A stretch of 13,542 nt of DNA, taken from IMG/VR virus record IMGVR_UViG_3300038465_000133. One strand, 5' to 3'. The translations under genes were made by a program, and so were the position numbers. The DNA comes from a virus. Position 1 is the stretch's first letter, and the number at the start of each line of letters is the position of its first letter. Below the pieces are notes generated by a model. That model was not told the origin of the DNA. It saw only the letters and a list, made by a program, of their open reading frames with translations, and did no database searches. Shown here in pieces: positions 11,766 to 13,542 of the stretch.

Positions 11766-13542
11766 CTAAGCGTTTACAGCTGTGTGGGACGTGCCATTCA
11801 ACGGGCGACCCGCCAGGGTCTTGGCTGCGCTCTCTAAGGGCGTGCCCTCGAACACCCGGCTCAAAAGGTCTGCCGTCGTGACCCCGGCAGCCATAGCAGC
11901 GGGACCCATGGCCGTAATGATCGTAGCGGTCAGTGTCTGATCACCGAAGACCTCGATGGCCTTGATCATGTCGGGCGAAACAGCTTCGAGACGCCGAATG
12001 AACTCAGAGGTCTCAGCGACAAGGCGCTCCATCTCCATAGCGTCGGTCGCCGCCGTCTGATTAAGAACGCCAGCAAAGCGTTCCCACTCAAGCTCGATTT
12101 CCCGAGTAATGATCTTGGCCCGTTCTTCGAGCGTGAGCAGCCGGAGTTCTTCGTTGCGCTTATCCGCATTATGCTTTGCAGCGCCACGCTCCCACTCAAG
12201 CTCCGTCGCCTGTCGCCACGTGGACTGCCGCTCCAGCGAAGACTCGCGCTCTAACTCTTGGAGGCGGGCATCGCGCACCGTAGCGTCCTCAGCAATGGAG
12301 AGTTGAATAGCGCCAGCGAGCGCCTTGCCCTGTGCATCATTGAGGAGGGCGGCCACGTTCTGGTCCTGAATGTCGACGCTTAGGACTTCGACGTCGTAAA
12401 CGTGCATGCCGTTCTCTTCAAAGGTCAACCCGAGGCGGCCGTCTGCGCCGGGCGTACCAAGAAGTTCGTCGCGCACGATGTTAATCGTGTCGAGGTAAAA
12501 CGACCGAATGTCGTACTGCTTGGCCGCATTACGCAGCCGGGACCGGGCATGGTCAGTGAGGGCCTGGACATAGTTCTCCAGAGAGAACCACTGCAGCTCG
12601 TCGCCGATGAAGTTGACCCGGTAAGAGACGCCGATGGCCACACGCACGAGGTCACGAGTCTCGACCAGGATGCGATCGCTGACCACATTATTGAGCGTCC
12701 GCAGATAACCGGTGCGCAGGAGCTTCTCGTCGTTCTTCGGGCGGCCGGTCGACAGTGCCAAGGCCATAATCGTCTCGTCATATTCGAGCAAGACGGTGCG
12801 AGGGCCCATCTCCACTCGCCGGTCGCCGGTCTTGTTGGTCACCAGTACGGCATAGCCGGGCCAGATATTCAGCGAAACGGCTCCCTCGTACTTGGTGTCG
12901 AGGGTAATCGTGCGGGCCCCTCGATACGTGGTGCTGCGGCTCATGGCATCACCACCAAAGTTCTGGATGTCAGGGAGGGCTGAAGCACTAGCAAGACTTG
13001 CGCTGGCATAGTTCGTCGAAGTCAACCCTCTAATACTTCGCATCGTTCCGGCATCAAGAGCATCCATTGTGGCCGCCGCTGCCTCCTGTGCAGCACTCTC
13101 TTGCTGATAGCGCTGATTTACCTGCAGCGCCTCACTGTTGCCCGGATACATGAGAGTGACGTCGTGCGGATCAAGGATCCGGCGCACCACCACTTCAAAG
13201 CGCGGGTCGGGCAGGAACATGGCAGGACCACGCTCCAGATTGACCTGGCCGGTGCGGCGGTCGAGAACGTAGCGGCCCTCCCCAGCGGGAATGGCGATGG
13301 CGTGATGCTTGCGCTGATCGCCGTAGGTAATAATGCTGTGCTCGGGCCGGGGGAAGTAGATGGCCTGCTCTTTCCCGGTAATGAACAACTCTTCACCGAC
13401 CAGATGGGTCCCGTTACTGTCGGTGTATTCCTCGATTACTTTGACATAAAGCCCACTGCGCTCGTCAAGCTCGATGGCCTGGAAGTTACGACCACCTTGC
13501 TTGTTACGACGGAACGACTCGGTTGGCCGAGGGAACACGACG
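11766..13542 (-). CDS. major vault protein (MVP) homologue; 5'-partial, roughly 300 N-terminal residues expected outside the window
   Basis: The frame is open to the right edge and TAG lies at 11766-11768. The alignment with human MVP is by eye but collinear. Repeat hallmark …NGTHLVGEELFITGKEQAIYFP… matches GEEWLVxGPxxYxP. …GRYVLDRRTGQVNLERGPAMFLPDPRFEVV… matches [34 protein letters not shown]. …RRVEMGPRTVLLEYDETIMALALSTGRPKNDEKL… matches …[34 protein letters not shown]…. …ILVETRDLVRVAIGVSYRVNF… matches …[21 protein letters not shown]…. The shoulder WFSLENYVQALTDHARSRLRNAAKQYDIRSF matches [31 protein letters not shown]. The cap-helix coiled coil (…AIQLSIAEDATVRDARLQELERESSLERQ…) and the cap-ring region (…MIKAIEVFGDQTLTATIITAMGPAAMAAG…) follow in order. 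Confidence 0.8.
   Translation of the reverse strand, partial: VVFPRPTESFRRNKQGGRNFQAIELDERSGLYVKVIEEYTDSNGTHLVGEELFITGKEQAIYFPRPEHSIITYGDQRKHHAIAIPAGEGRYVLDRRTGQVNLERGPAMFLPDPRFEVVVRRILDPHDVTLMYPGNSEALQVNQRYQQESAAQEAAAATMDALDAGTMRSIRGLTSTNYASASLASASALPDIQNFGGDAMSRSTTYRGARTITLDTKYEGAVSLNIWPGYAVLVTNKTGDRRVEMGPRTVLLEYDETIMALALSTGRPKNDEKLLRTGYLRTLNNVVSDRILVETRDLVRVAIGVSYRVNFIGDELQWFSLENYVQALTDHARSRLRNAAKQYDIRSFYLDTINIVRDELLGTPGADGRLGLTFEENGMHVYDVEVLSVDIQDQNVAALLNDAQGKALAGAIQLSIAEDATVRDARLQELERESSLERQSTWRQATELEWERGAAKHNADKRNEELRLLTLEERAKIITREIELEWERFAGVLNQTAATDAMEMERLVAETSEFIRRLEAVSPDMIKAIEVFGDQTLTATIITAMGPAAMAAGVTTADLLSRVFEGTPLESAAKTLAGRPLNGTSHTAVNA

Noticed and set aside
12109-12983. Internal ORFs on both strands inside the MVP-like gene (12402..12983 +, 12425..12781 -, 12109..12306 +, 11966..12199 -)
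   Set aside because: These are off-frame or antisense to a frame that shows long collinear similarity to MVP.
11766-13542. Alternative reading of the MVP-like ORF as an ordinary bacterial SPFH/flotillin protein, or as eukaryotic contamination
   Set aside because: Similarity extends well upstream of the SPFH-like shoulder into MVP repeat domains (GEELFITG…, GRYVLDRRTGQVNLERGP…) and downstream into the cap-ring segment, which flotillins lack. The neighbouring genes are prokaryotic in organisation (SD motifs, stop-start overlaps, GTG/TTG starts).
1-13542. tRNA, rRNA, CRISPR arrays, integrase or attachment sites
   Set aside because: The gaps are all 110 nt or shorter and show no cloverleaf-like sequence. 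There are no spaced direct repeats and no recombinase-like ORF in the window.

Overview
All supportable genes in this 13.5-kb window lie on the minus strand, tightly packed, with Shine-Dalgarno-like motifs and TAATG / ATGnnnTAA junctions. Many use GTG or TTG starts. The content is a phage-type replication and recombination module: a family-A DNA polymerase with a 3'-5' exonuclease domain, a RecA homologue, a Cas4/RecB-like Fe-S nuclease, an HNH endonuclease, a WhiB-like regulator, an XRE-type HTH protein and a SpoVS-like protein. The WhiB-like gene and the ~60% G+C suggest an actinobacteriophage or actinobacterial prophage. 

The most striking feature is at the right edge, where a 5'-truncated gene encodes an unmistakable major vault protein (MVP) homologue. 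It carries the MVP repeat domains, shoulder, cap-helix coiled coil and cap-ring region. It sits 4 nt upstream of the HTH gene and polA on the same strand. A eukaryotic-type vault shell protein inside a prokaryotic viral replication operon appears to be undescribed. 

At the left edge, a TGT-superfamily (DpdA-like) transglycosylase that runs off the window and a PAPS-reductase-like PP-loop protein form a lower-G+C candidate DNA-modification module. Between them lies a set of paralogous mini-proteins, two of them zinc ribbons, that share a C-terminal F-[H/R]-D-R-R-G-E tail. No tRNA, rRNA or CRISPR array was seen.
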